Positions 56,216-64,000 of a stretch of DNA of 64,000 nucleotides are shown piece by piece. The position numbers and the translations under genes were made by a program. The notes below the pieces were generated by a model, which saw only the letters and a program-made list of their open reading frames with translations, was not told the origin of the DNA and did no database searches. The stretch is from an uncultured Gammaproteobacteria bacterium (lineage in GTDB: Bacteria; Patescibacteriota; Patescibacteriia; UBA1558; S5-K13). The first letter of the stretch is position 1. Each line of letters begins with the position of its first letter. Location of the stretch: the NCBI GenBank assembly GCA_964486685.1, contig CAZAOE010000001.1, positions 12,538 to 76,537 of the forward strand. Reading direction: 5' to 3'.

Positions 56216-57559
56216 ATGTCTAAGATAAAAACAATTTATGCTTGTTCTAAATGTGGTGCTCAGACCGCAAAATGGGAAGGGCGTTGTCCAGAATGTGGAG
56301 CTTGGGGTAGTTTAGAAAAAGAAAGCATTGCAGATTCAGACAAAAAAGACAAAGAAAGTCAACTTAAAGATTTAAAAGTTGATTTTATTGATTTAGATAA
56401 GCTTAAGAAAACCGATACCCAAAGATTAAAAACTGGCTTTGATTCTTTTAATGTTGCGATTAATGGTGGAATTGTCCGGGCTTCTTTAGTTTTAATTGGT
56501 GGTAATCCCGGAATTGGTAAATCAACTTTAATTTCACAAATAGTTTCTAATAATTTTAAAACTTTATATGTTTCTGGAGAAGAAACTGCTTCTTCAGTTA
56601 AATCTCGAATAGATAGATTAGGAGCTAAGGTTGGAGATTTAAAGTTTTTAGCAGAAAATAATTTAGAGAAAATATTAGCCGGAGCCATGAAAGCTAAACC
56701 TGATTTATTAATTATTGATTCTATTCAAACCATGTATACTTCCGAAATTGATTCAGATCCCGGAGGTGTTTCTCAAGTGCGGGCTTGTACAGTGAAATTA
56801 ATGGAGATTGCTCGGAAATTAGACATGGCAGTTTTAATAGCCAGTCACGTTAATAAAGCTGGAGATTTAGCTGGCCCAAAGGCCTTAGAGCATTTAGTTG
56901 ATTGTGTTATTTCTCTAGAGGGCGATAGGCTCAATAGATATAGAATGTTAAGGGTTATTAAAAATCGTTATGGAGCAACAGATAATTCCGAGGTTTTGGA
57001 AATGACCAGCAAGGGTTTTAAAAAAGTTTTAAATCCATCGAACATTTATCTTTCTAATACTAGTGTGGATAAAGGAACCGTTATTACTTCAATTGTTGAT
57101 GGAAATCAAGTTTTAATGTTAGAATTACAGGCCTTGGTTAATAAAACAAATTTTGGTTATCCAAAAAGAACTACTTCTGGTTTTGACCAAAAGCGCTTAG
57201 AATTATTATTAGCGGTTTTATCTAAACAAGCCAGTTTAAAATTAGGAGCTTATGATGTGTATATTAATTTAACTGGTGGTTTTAAAGTCAAAGACCGTTC
57301 TTTAGATTTAGCAGTTTGTTTAGCGATTATGTCGGCTTATCATGATAAAGTAGTTAAGGAGAGTACTATTGCTTTTGGAGAGGTTGGTTTAAGTGGCGAG
57401 GTTCGTTCTATACCAAAAACCAAAGAAAGAATTAAAGAAGCAATTGCCTTAGGATTTAAAAATATTATTATTCCTAAATTCGACAAGAAGGTTGATATTA
57501 AAGGAGTTAATTTAATTGAAGTTGAAAAAATTAAGGATTTGGAAAAATATTTGGGATAG
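56216..57559 (+). CDS. radA: DNA repair protein RadA/Sms
   Basis: C4 zinc finger CSKCGAQTAKWEGRCPECGAWGS, RecA-like Walker A GGNPGIGKSTL, KNRYG motif and a Lon-protease-like C-terminal domain. Confidence 0.9.
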   Translation: MSKIKTIYACSKCGAQTAKWEGRCPECGAWGSLEKESIADSDKKDKESQLKDLKVDFIDLDKLKKTDTQRLKTGFDSFNVAINGGIVRASLVLIGGNPGIGKSTLISQIVSNNFKTLYVSGEETASSVKSRIDRLGAKVGDLKFLAENNLEKILAGAMKAKPDLLIIDSIQTMYTSEIDSDPGGVSQVRACTVKLMEIARKLDMAVLIASHVNKAGDLAGPKALEHLVDCVISLEGDRLNRYRMLRVIKNRYGATDNSEVLEMTSKGFKKVLNPSNIYLSNTSVDKGTVITSIVDGNQVLMLELQALVNKTNFGYPKRTTSGFDQKRLELLLAVLSKQASLKLGAYDVYINLTGGFKVKDRSLDLAVCLAIMSAYHDKVVKESTIAFGEVGLSGEVRSIPKTKERIKEAIALGFKNIIIPKFDKKVDIKGVNLIEVEKIKDLEKYLG

Positions 57560-57624
57560 GAATAACGAATTAAGAATTAAGAACTAAGAATTAAAAATTA
57601 AGGATAAAATTAAAATTACTAAAA

Positions 57625-59157
57625 ATGAGAAAACAATTTAACATAGTCCAAATCGTTTCAGAATTTTATCCATTTACAAAAACTGGTGGATTAGCTGATG
57701 TTGTAAAATCATTGTCTGAGGCACAAAAAAGACTTGGATATAATGTTTGCATATTCACTCCATTTTATGAAAAAGTAATTGACCAAAAAAAATACAAATT
57801 CGAGAAAATAATATCAAATTTTAAAATAGATACTTATAAGGGAAAATTAGTAAGAATTAATGTTTTAAAAAATTATTTAATTCCTAATTTGCCAGTTTAT
57901 TTTATTCAAAATACAGAATTTTTTTCTAGAAATAAAAATTTGTACGGCTCTAGTTATGAAAATACAAAATTTTATTTTTTTAATACTGCTTGTATAAAAA
58001 TTATAAAAAAATTAAATATTGAGCCAGATATTATACATTGTCATGATTGGCATCCTGGACTAATTCCTTACTTATTAAAAACTAAATATAAAAAAAGTGA
58101 ATTAAATAAAAAAAGTTCAATTGTATTTACAATACATAATCTTATATTTCAGATGGGGCGTAATTGGTGGAAGATAAGTTTAAAGAAAAGAGATTTTGGA
58201 AAAACCTCACTTCCAAAGCTTGATGATTCGAAAATAGAAAATATAAATTTTACAAAAAGAGCCATACTAAACGCTGATGTAATTAATACTGTTTCAGAGT
58301 CTTATGCTCAAGAAATTATGACTAAAGAGCATGGACAGAATTTAAATAGGATATTATTCAATAGGAGAGAAAGAGTATTTGGAATAGTAAATGGTATTGA
58401 TTATGATGCTTATAATCCGTTAACAGATCCGGGCTTGTATAAAAATTTTAGTTATAAAGAAATATTTTTTAAAAAAAATAACAAATCATATCTCCAAAAA
58501 AAACTTAAATTCAAATTAAGTGAGACAATTCCAGTTATAAGCATGACTTCTAGAATTACTGAACAAAAAGGATTTGAACTTGTTATGGAAAAAATTAATC
58601 ACCTGTTAAAACTTAATCTTCAATTTATAATTATGGGTGACGGTGATAAGAAATATATAAATGAATTTAAAAAATTAAACAAGAAGTACCCAAAAAAATT
58701 TAAATATTTACCTTTTGATAATAATTTTGAAACTTCAATCTATGCTGGTAGCGATCTAATTTTACTGCCATCTCGTTATGAACCATGCGGTATAAATATA
58801 TTAATTGCAATGAGATACGGTTGTATACCCATTGTTTATCCAATAGGCGGTTTAGCTGATATAGTAACTAATTATAGCCCAATAAAAAATATAGGTACTG
58901 GATTCACACTAAAAGATTATTCTGGTAGAGAGCTTTATATTACTGTAGTTAAGGCATTAGAGCATTTTAAGCATAAAAAAGATTGGGAAATTTTTGTAAA
59001 AAAAGTAATGCAAATCTCTACTTCCTGGAAAATACCGGCTAAAAAATATATTAAGCTTTATAGAAAGGCAATAAAATTTCATAAAGCCTCATTGAACAAT
59101 AAAACATTCAATCAGGGTAAAAATAATAATCACTTTAAAAATGGGAAATTGGATTAA
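57625..59157 (+). CDS. Glycogen/starch synthase-like glycosyltransferase (GT5)
   Basis: N-terminal KTGGLADV (K-x-GGL) motif and the GT-B fold C-terminal half. Confidence 0.7.
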   Translation: MRKQFNIVQIVSEFYPFTKTGGLADVVKSLSEAQKRLGYNVCIFTPFYEKVIDQKKYKFEKIISNFKIDTYKGKLVRINVLKNYLIPNLPVYFIQNTEFFSRNKNLYGSSYENTKFYFFNTACIKIIKKLNIEPDIIHCHDWHPGLIPYLLKTKYKKSELNKKSSIVFTIHNLIFQMGRNWWKISLKKRDFGKTSLPKLDDSKIENINFTKRAILNADVINTVSESYAQEIMTKEHGQNLNRILFNRRERVFGIVNGIDYDAYNPLTDPGLYKNFSYKEIFFKKNNKSYLQKKLKFKLSETIPVISMTSRITEQKGFELVMEKINHLLKLNLQFIIMGDGDKKYINEFKKLNKKYPKKFKYLPFDNNFETSIYAGSDLILLPSRYEPCGINILIAMRYGCIPIVYPIGGLADIVTNYSPIKNIGTGFTLKDYSGRELYITVVKALEHFKHKKDWEIFVKKVMQISTSWKIPAKKYIKLYRKAIKFHKASLNNKTFNQGKNNNHFKNGKLD

Positions 59158-60280
59158 TATTCTGCATTTTTATCAACCATTTTGGCAGGATAAAAATACT
59201 TTAGATAAAGTAATAAGAGAAAGCTATTCCTTTCTTTTAAATTTATTAGAAGAATTTCCAACATTTAAAATTACAATAAATTTTTCTGGATCTCTTTTAG
59301 AATTATTAAATGATAGAAAATATTGTAATATTATCAAAAAATTTAATCATTTTGTAAAAAATGGACAAGTAGAGCTAATGGGTAGTGCTATGTATCATCC
59401 CATATTAGCAAAACTTCCAGAAGATGAAATTATTAGACAAATAAAATTGAATGAAAAGATTATAAATAAATATTTTGGTAAAAATAATAAAATTAATGGA
59501 TTTTTTATCCCGGAACTCGCTTATCATCCCAAAGTGGGTAAAATTATAAAAAACCTTGGTTATAAATGGGTAATTCTTGATAGTATATGCGCTAAAGAAA
59601 GAATTTCATATAATACTAAATATATTGATAAAAATTCTAAACTTGATATTATTTTTAGGAATAGAATAATCTCTAAAACTTTTGCTCCAGAATTTTTTTC
59701 TTCTCAAGTGAAATTAAATAAAATCTATATAACTGCAAGTGATGCTGAATTATACGGTCATTGGCATCATGATTGGCAGCAACATTCTCGAAAAGTATTA
59801 AATAATAATTTAATAAAAACAATACATGCTAGTGAATGGCTTGAGATTATAAAAAAGAGTAAACAGATAATTTTAAGGTCGGGCAATTGGGAATCAACAT
59901 TAAAACAAATAAAAAATAAAAATTATTATTTTGTCTGGGATAATTCTGAAAATAAAATTCAAAAAAATTTATGGATTCTATGTAATTTAGCATATAAATC
60001 ATTAAAACAAAATAAAAAAGATTCTAACTTTGATTGGTGTAGAAAGTCAATGGATAAAGCATGGTCAAGCTGTTTTTGGTGGTGGGCTAGTGGGGAAAAA
60101 TTAAGCACTTTTTCTCCTATAGCCTGGCATCCGGATGTTATTATTAGAGGATTAGACATAATGATAAATGTTGTCAGATCTCTTCAGAAGCTAGATAAGA
60201 ACACAAGATTAAAAGCAGAAAGAATTTATGCTAATACCGTTTATTTAATTTGGAAAAAACATTGGACTCAATATCAATAG
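59141..60280 (+). CDS. Glycoside hydrolase family 57-like protein
   Basis: N-terminal ILHFYQPFWQ (GH57 region 1, HxHQP-like) and SDAELYGHWHHDW (GH57 region 4). Confidence 0.6.
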   Translation: MGNWINILHFYQPFWQDKNTLDKVIRESYSFLLNLLEEFPTFKITINFSGSLLELLNDRKYCNIIKKFNHFVKNGQVELMGSAMYHPILAKLPEDEIIRQIKLNEKIINKYFGKNNKINGFFIPELAYHPKVGKIIKNLGYKWVILDSICAKERISYNTKYIDKNSKLDIIFRNRIISKTFAPEFFSSQVKLNKIYITASDAELYGHWHHDWQQHSRKVLNNNLIKTIHASEWLEIIKKSKQIILRSGNWESTLKQIKNKNYYFVWDNSENKIQKNLWILCNLAYKSLKQNKKDSNFDWCRKSMDKAWSSCFWWWASGEKLSTFSPIAWHPDVIIRGLDIMINVVRSLQKLDKNTRLKAERIYANTVYLIWKKHWTQYQ

Positions 60281-60321
60281 AACACAAGAAGATAAAAACA
60301 CTCAAACATTAAAGCAATAAA

Positions 60322-60419
60322 CCCCTCACCTTTTTAAAATAAATTATGCTATGAATTATTATTCTTACTTAATATATTTAAAAATGAAACATTTTATTCT
60401 TAATCAAAAGGTGATGGGG
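60322..60419. mobile_element. MITE-like element (98 bp), inverse-orientation copy of 32205-32301
   Basis: TIRs cccctcacctttt ... aaaaggtgatgggg. The interior is ~70% identical to the reverse complement of the other copy. Flanked by aaagcaa direct repeats and by longer ~35-bp direct repeats (60282-60320 / 60437-60470). Confidence 0.55.
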
Positions 60420-60541
60420 TAAAGCAAGAAATCAATAAAACACAAGAATATTAAAACATTAAAGCATAAAAACAATATAACAATTTACCCCATCAACCCA
60501 GCTTAGCTGGGTGAGGGATTTAATAATTAAACAATTATCCA

Positions 60542-61105
60542 ATGTCTATTCATCTAATTTTCGAAGGAGCAGAATTAACTGGCAAAAGTTTTATAATGAG
60601 TCAGGTTTATGATTTTATTGAAAAAAAGTATAATACAAACAAAAATATTTTAGACGGTTGTTATTGGTTTAATTTAGATATCGGAGTTTTTGGAGGGAAA
60701 TATGCTAATCAATATATAAAACAATATCTACCAATTCTATCTTCACTCAGAGAAAAGAATTTGATTTTAGAAAAATTTTATATAACAGATCAGGTTTATC
60801 AAAAATTTTATAATAATAAAAATGTAAAATATACCACCATTGAACAAAAATTAAAAAGATTAAATTTTAGAATTATATTATGTACTATTGAAAAAAATGA
60901 GGACTTGATTAAGCAAAGGCTAAAAGATAGAATTAATTTATATCCTCATTACAGAAGAATTGCTACAAAACCGAAGGACTACATAAGACAGCAAGAGTTA
61001 TATGTGGAATTCACAAAAAAAAGTAAATTACCTTATTTGGAAGTTAATTTAACAAAATTACCAAACAAAAAAGTAGTAGATAAAATATTAAAGTATGTGC
61101 TGTGA
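60542..61105 (+). CDS. P-loop nucleoside/nucleotide kinase (dTMP kinase/deoxynucleoside kinase-like)
   Basis: LIFEGAELTGKS Walker A in the dTMP-kinase-like context. Confidence 0.45.
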   Translation: MSIHLIFEGAELTGKSFIMSQVYDFIEKKYNTNKNILDGCYWFNLDIGVFGGKYANQYIKQYLPILSSLREKNLILEKFYITDQVYQKFYNNKNVKYTTIEQKLKRLNFRIILCTIEKNEDLIKQRLKDRINLYPHYRRIATKPKDYIRQQELYVEFTKKSKLPYLEVNLTKLPNKKVVDKILKYVL

Positions 61106-61311
61106 AAATGTACTGTATATATTTCAATAAAGTAATAAAACCCGTTAGATAGATATGTTTTGATTGTTCAGGCGGGTTAATGAATTGGATTGCTAATAAA
61201 TAAATCTCCACACTTAATTTAAAAAGTTATATTGATGGGAATAAAATATATGGAAAATAAAAAAGATCTATTTAGGGGGTTGAATCCCGTAAGATACTTA
61301 ATATCAACGGA

Positions 61312-62775
61312 ATGAATAAAATTAGAGTATTAATGACAGCATCTGAATGTTATCCTATCGCTAAGGCTGGCGGTTTAGGTGATGTTTTGAATTCTTTGCC
61401 AAAGGGTTTAATAAAACAAGGAGTAGAAATTAAAATAGCTATACCAAAATATAAATTCATAGACAAAAAATATTCAGGAAAGCTGTTTATGAAAAATATC
61501 AAAACAACTATTGAAAATAAAACAATTTATTTTAATGTCTATAAAACAAAATTGTGTAGAACAGATATTGAGGTATTACTTATAGATAATAAATTACTCA
61601 AAACAAATAAAATATATGTTGGTGTAAGAAAATATATGAAAGGTAAATATTCCAGAGCAGCAAAAGACATTGAAAGATTTACTTTGTTCTCAAAATTAAT
61701 AATGGACTTTTTAATAAAATCAAAATGGCAGCCAGATATTATACATTGTCATGACTGGCATACAGCTTTATTACCTAATTTAATAGATGAATATTATCTT
61801 AAAAATAAAACAGATAAGTATTATAAAACATTATTAACAATACACAACCTAGCGTCTCAAGGAATAGCTAATTTGAATATTTTAGAATATGCTGAGTTGG
61901 AAAATAGTAATTTGCCTGCAATTCTCGAAGATAAATTGGATGATAATCAGATTAATATGCTAAAACTTGGGATATTGTCCGCTGATTTAATCAATACAGT
62001 AAGTCCAACATATTCAAAAGAAATTTTAACCAAAGAATATGGTGCTGGACTTGAAAATTATTTAAAACGCAGAAAAAATGATTTATTTGGAATATTAAAC
62101 GGAATTGATGAAAATTTATTTAATCCAAACCAAGATAATGCATTGAAACAAAAATACAATGCCAAAAATATTATTTCAGGTAAAAAAATTAATAAAAAAT
62201 ATTTACAAAAAAAATTAAATTTAAAACAAGATAAAAATATACCATTATTTGGACTAGTATCAAGATTAGTGCAACAAAAAGGTATTGATGTATTAGTAAA
62301 AGCAATTGAAAAAATAAGAAACAAAAAAGATTTTCAAATTGTAGTATTGGGTTCAGGACAGAAAAAAATAGAAAATGAGCTGGTTAATTTAGCAAAAAAA
62401 TATCCCGACAGAATTTCTGTAAATATAAAATATGATGCAAAACTTGCACAGCAAATATATGCTGGATGTGATTTTTTTCTGATGCCATCAAATTTTGAGC
62501 CCTGTGGATTGGGACAAATGATTGCTTTAAAATACGGAACACTCCCGATTGTAAGATTAACAGGCGGATTAAAAGACACAATTTTAAATTTAAAAAACGG
62601 TTTTACATATAAAAACCAAAAGCCAGAAAATTTAGCAGAAGCAATACAAACCGCAATAAGCACTTTTAAGAATAAGAAAAAAATGCAAAATATGATAAAA
62701 TATGGGATGAAACAGGATTTTTCATGGAACCAAAGCGCGAAAAAATACATAAAACTTTATAAAAAGTTAATATAA
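61312..62775 (+). CDS. glgA: Glycogen synthase (GT5)
   Basis: KAGGLGDV motif and a glycogen synthase-like C-terminus (EPCGLGQMIALKYGTLPIV). Confidence 0.8.
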   Translation: MNKIRVLMTASECYPIAKAGGLGDVLNSLPKGLIKQGVEIKIAIPKYKFIDKKYSGKLFMKNIKTTIENKTIYFNVYKTKLCRTDIEVLLIDNKLLKTNKIYVGVRKYMKGKYSRAAKDIERFTLFSKLIMDFLIKSKWQPDIIHCHDWHTALLPNLIDEYYLKNKTDKYYKTLLTIHNLASQGIANLNILEYAELENSNLPAILEDKLDDNQINMLKLGILSADLINTVSPTYSKEILTKEYGAGLENYLKRRKNDLFGILNGIDENLFNPNQDNALKQKYNAKNIISGKKINKKYLQKKLNLKQDKNIPLFGLVSRLVQQKGIDVLVKAIEKIRNKKDFQIVVLGSGQKKIENELVNLAKKYPDRISVNIKYDAKLAQQIYAGCDFFLMPSNFEPCGLGQMIALKYGTLPIVRLTGGLKDTILNLKNGFTYKNQKPENLAEAIQTAISTFKNKKKMQNMIKYGMKQDFSWNQSAKKYIKLYKKLI

Positions 62776-62804
62776 AATTTACCTTATCGACCCAGCTTAG
62801 CTGG

Positions 62805-63779
62805 GTGAGGGGTTTAATAACACTTAATATCAAATATAATAAAATTATGCTACAAAAATCAGAACTTAGAAAAGATTATATTCAAAACAAATATGTTATT
62901 ATCGCTCCCAAAAGGTCTCAACGTCCTAATATTCATAAAATTAAAAAATTAGGAACAAGAAAAAATAAAGAAGACCAAAAATGTCCCTTTTGTCCTATAA
63001 ATGTTAATAAAGTAAAAGATTTGTTTACAATTGGTTCTAAAAACGATTGGCAGGTTAAAGTAATAAAAAATATATTTCCAGCAGTAAGTTTGGATAATGA
63101 CAAGGCCTACGGACAACAAGAAATAATTATTGACACTCCAGATCATTCATTAGAAATTGAAAATTTACCTATTAAGCAGATTGTAAAAATTTTTGATGCC
63201 TATTCTGAGAGAACAAGAATTATTAGTAAAAATAAAAAAATCAGCTACATTATAATATTTAAAAACAATGGCGGAATAGCCGGGGCTTCTTTAGAACACT
63301 CTCATTCTCAAATTTTTGCAACAAACTTTATCCCCCCGCACTTAGCTGATAAATCACAAAAACAGCAAGAGTATAAATTAAAATATGGAACCTGTATTTA
63401 TTGTGACGTTATTAAGAAAGAATCAAATGGGCCAAGAAAAATATACCAAGATAAAAATATTATTGCATTTTGCCCATATGCTTCTATGTATAATTATGAG
63501 GCCTGGATTATTCCAAAAAGACACTTAGACAACATTACATTATTAAATAAACCCGAAAAAGAATCTTTTGCAAAGGCATTAAAATTAATTTTATCAAAAA
63601 TAAATTTACTAAATTTACCATATAATTTCTATTTTCATCAGGTAATACACGATGAAGACCAACATCTATATATGAAAATAGTTCCTAGAGGAAGCGTATG
63701 GGCTGGATTGGAAGTAGGTTCAGGTGTTGTTATTAACCCAATAGACCCTGATCAGGCTGCTAAATTTTATAGGTCATAA
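62805..63779 (+). CDS. GalT-like HIT-superfamily nucleotidyltransferase (galactose-1-P uridylyltransferase / ADP-glucose phosphorylase family)
   Basis: CPFCP zinc site and H-S-H-S-Q active-site motif (LEHSHSQIFA); 324 aa. Confidence 0.65.
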   Translation: MRGLITLNIKYNKIMLQKSELRKDYIQNKYVIIAPKRSQRPNIHKIKKLGTRKNKEDQKCPFCPINVNKVKDLFTIGSKNDWQVKVIKNIFPAVSLDNDKAYGQQEIIIDTPDHSLEIENLPIKQIVKIFDAYSERTRIISKNKKISYIIIFKNNGGIAGASLEHSHSQIFATNFIPPHLADKSQKQQEYKLKYGTCIYCDVIKKESNGPRKIYQDKNIIAFCPYASMYNYEAWIIPKRHLDNITLLNKPEKESFAKALKLILSKINLLNLPYNFYFHQVIHDEDQHLYMKIVPRGSVWAGLEVGSGVVINPIDPDQAAKFYRS

Positions 63780-63785
63780 AAATGA

Positions 63786-63947
63786 AGAGACGAAGCAGTA
63801 GCTCTAGGTTTTAAAAATATTATCATTCCTAAGTTTGATTTACCCCCACAACTTAGAGGTAAGTGTGGGGGTAAAAAAGTAAATGTTAAAGGAGTTAATT
63901 TAATTGAAGTGGAGAAGATTAAGGATTTGAAGAAATATTTGGGGTAA
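63786..63947 (+). pseudogene. Duplicated 3'-terminal fragment of radA (53 codons), carrying an in-frame 36-nt palindromic insertion
   Basis: Translates RDEAVALGFKNIIIPKFD-LPPQLRGKCGGK-KVNVKGVNLIEVEKIKDLKKYLG*, against the radA C-terminus AIALGFKNIIIPKFDKKVDIKGVNLIEVEKIKDLEKYLG*. It is preceded directly by an in-frame TGA. The insert ttacccccacaacttagaggtaagtgtgggggtaaa (63840-63875) is a hairpin. Confidence 0.6.
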
Positions 63948-64000
63948 GTATTAAGTATTATGTATTAAGAACGTAAAGTAGCAAAGCTACTAACGTTCTT

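Noticed and set aside
57560-63780. Integrase or recombinase for the glycogen island
   Set aside because: No ORF in the island resembles a tyrosine or serine recombinase. The island interpretation therefore rests on the duplicated radA tail only, and the element gene may lie beyond the window edge.
1-64000. Alternative genetic code (UGA recoding, as in some CPR lineages)
   Set aside because: TGA terminates several well-delimited genes (e.g. 22495-22497, 25264-25266). Long ORFs such as the 2938-aa gene are intact under the standard code.

Overview
This is an AT-rich (~30% GC) bacterial fragment that uses the standard code (TGA is a stop, e.g. at 22495 and 25264). Gene content and architecture are typical of a reduced Patescibacteria/CPR-like genome; this is my impression from the sequence, not a database result.

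Genes are dense and mostly on the + strand. Recognisable housekeeping genes include a methionine aminopeptidase 3' end, ruvX, a MraY/WecA-family transferase, an aminotransferase, rplU, recR-ybaB, dnaB, tRNA-Lys(UUU), a P-type ATPase, lepB, hisS, rpsU, ybeY-dgkA-ftsA-ftsZ-nrdR, a Clp-family ATPase, an alpha2-type glyS, radA and a glycogen cluster (glgA x2, GH57, GalT-like).

The non-housekeeping content falls into six groups:
- A 14-kb cell-surface locus (30.5-44.1 kb). Two proteins, one of 2938 aa, share a VirB2/TrbC-like pilin-type N-terminal membrane anchor and a poly-Gly linker. Two Ca-binding (TSP3-like) membrane proteins follow.
- A defence-like islet (17.4-27.3 kb) with NYN, Fic, an MmeI-like type IIG RM enzyme, a LexA-like repressor and a start-less MazF remnant.
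- An FtsK that is split, with a duplicated motor (beta) domain: intact beta followed by alpha in one ORF, Walker-A-dead beta followed by gamma in the next.
- An Ltp-type exclusion lipoprotein paired with a PD-(D/E)xK nuclease.
- Three small P-loop kinases plus an isochorismatase-family hydrolase.
- A glycogen island bracketed by an in-frame duplicate of the radA 3' end.

The intergenic space carries several repeat families. Two MITE-like elements have terminal inverted repeats and flanking direct repeats. A 77-bp exact repeat lies after ybaB and after rpsU. A ~170-bp element lies upstream of two genes. A 121-bp tandem array duplicates the tRNA-Lys promoter and 5' end. There are also many GC-rich palindromes, two of them centred on GTAC around radA.

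I found no rRNA and no CRISPR array.
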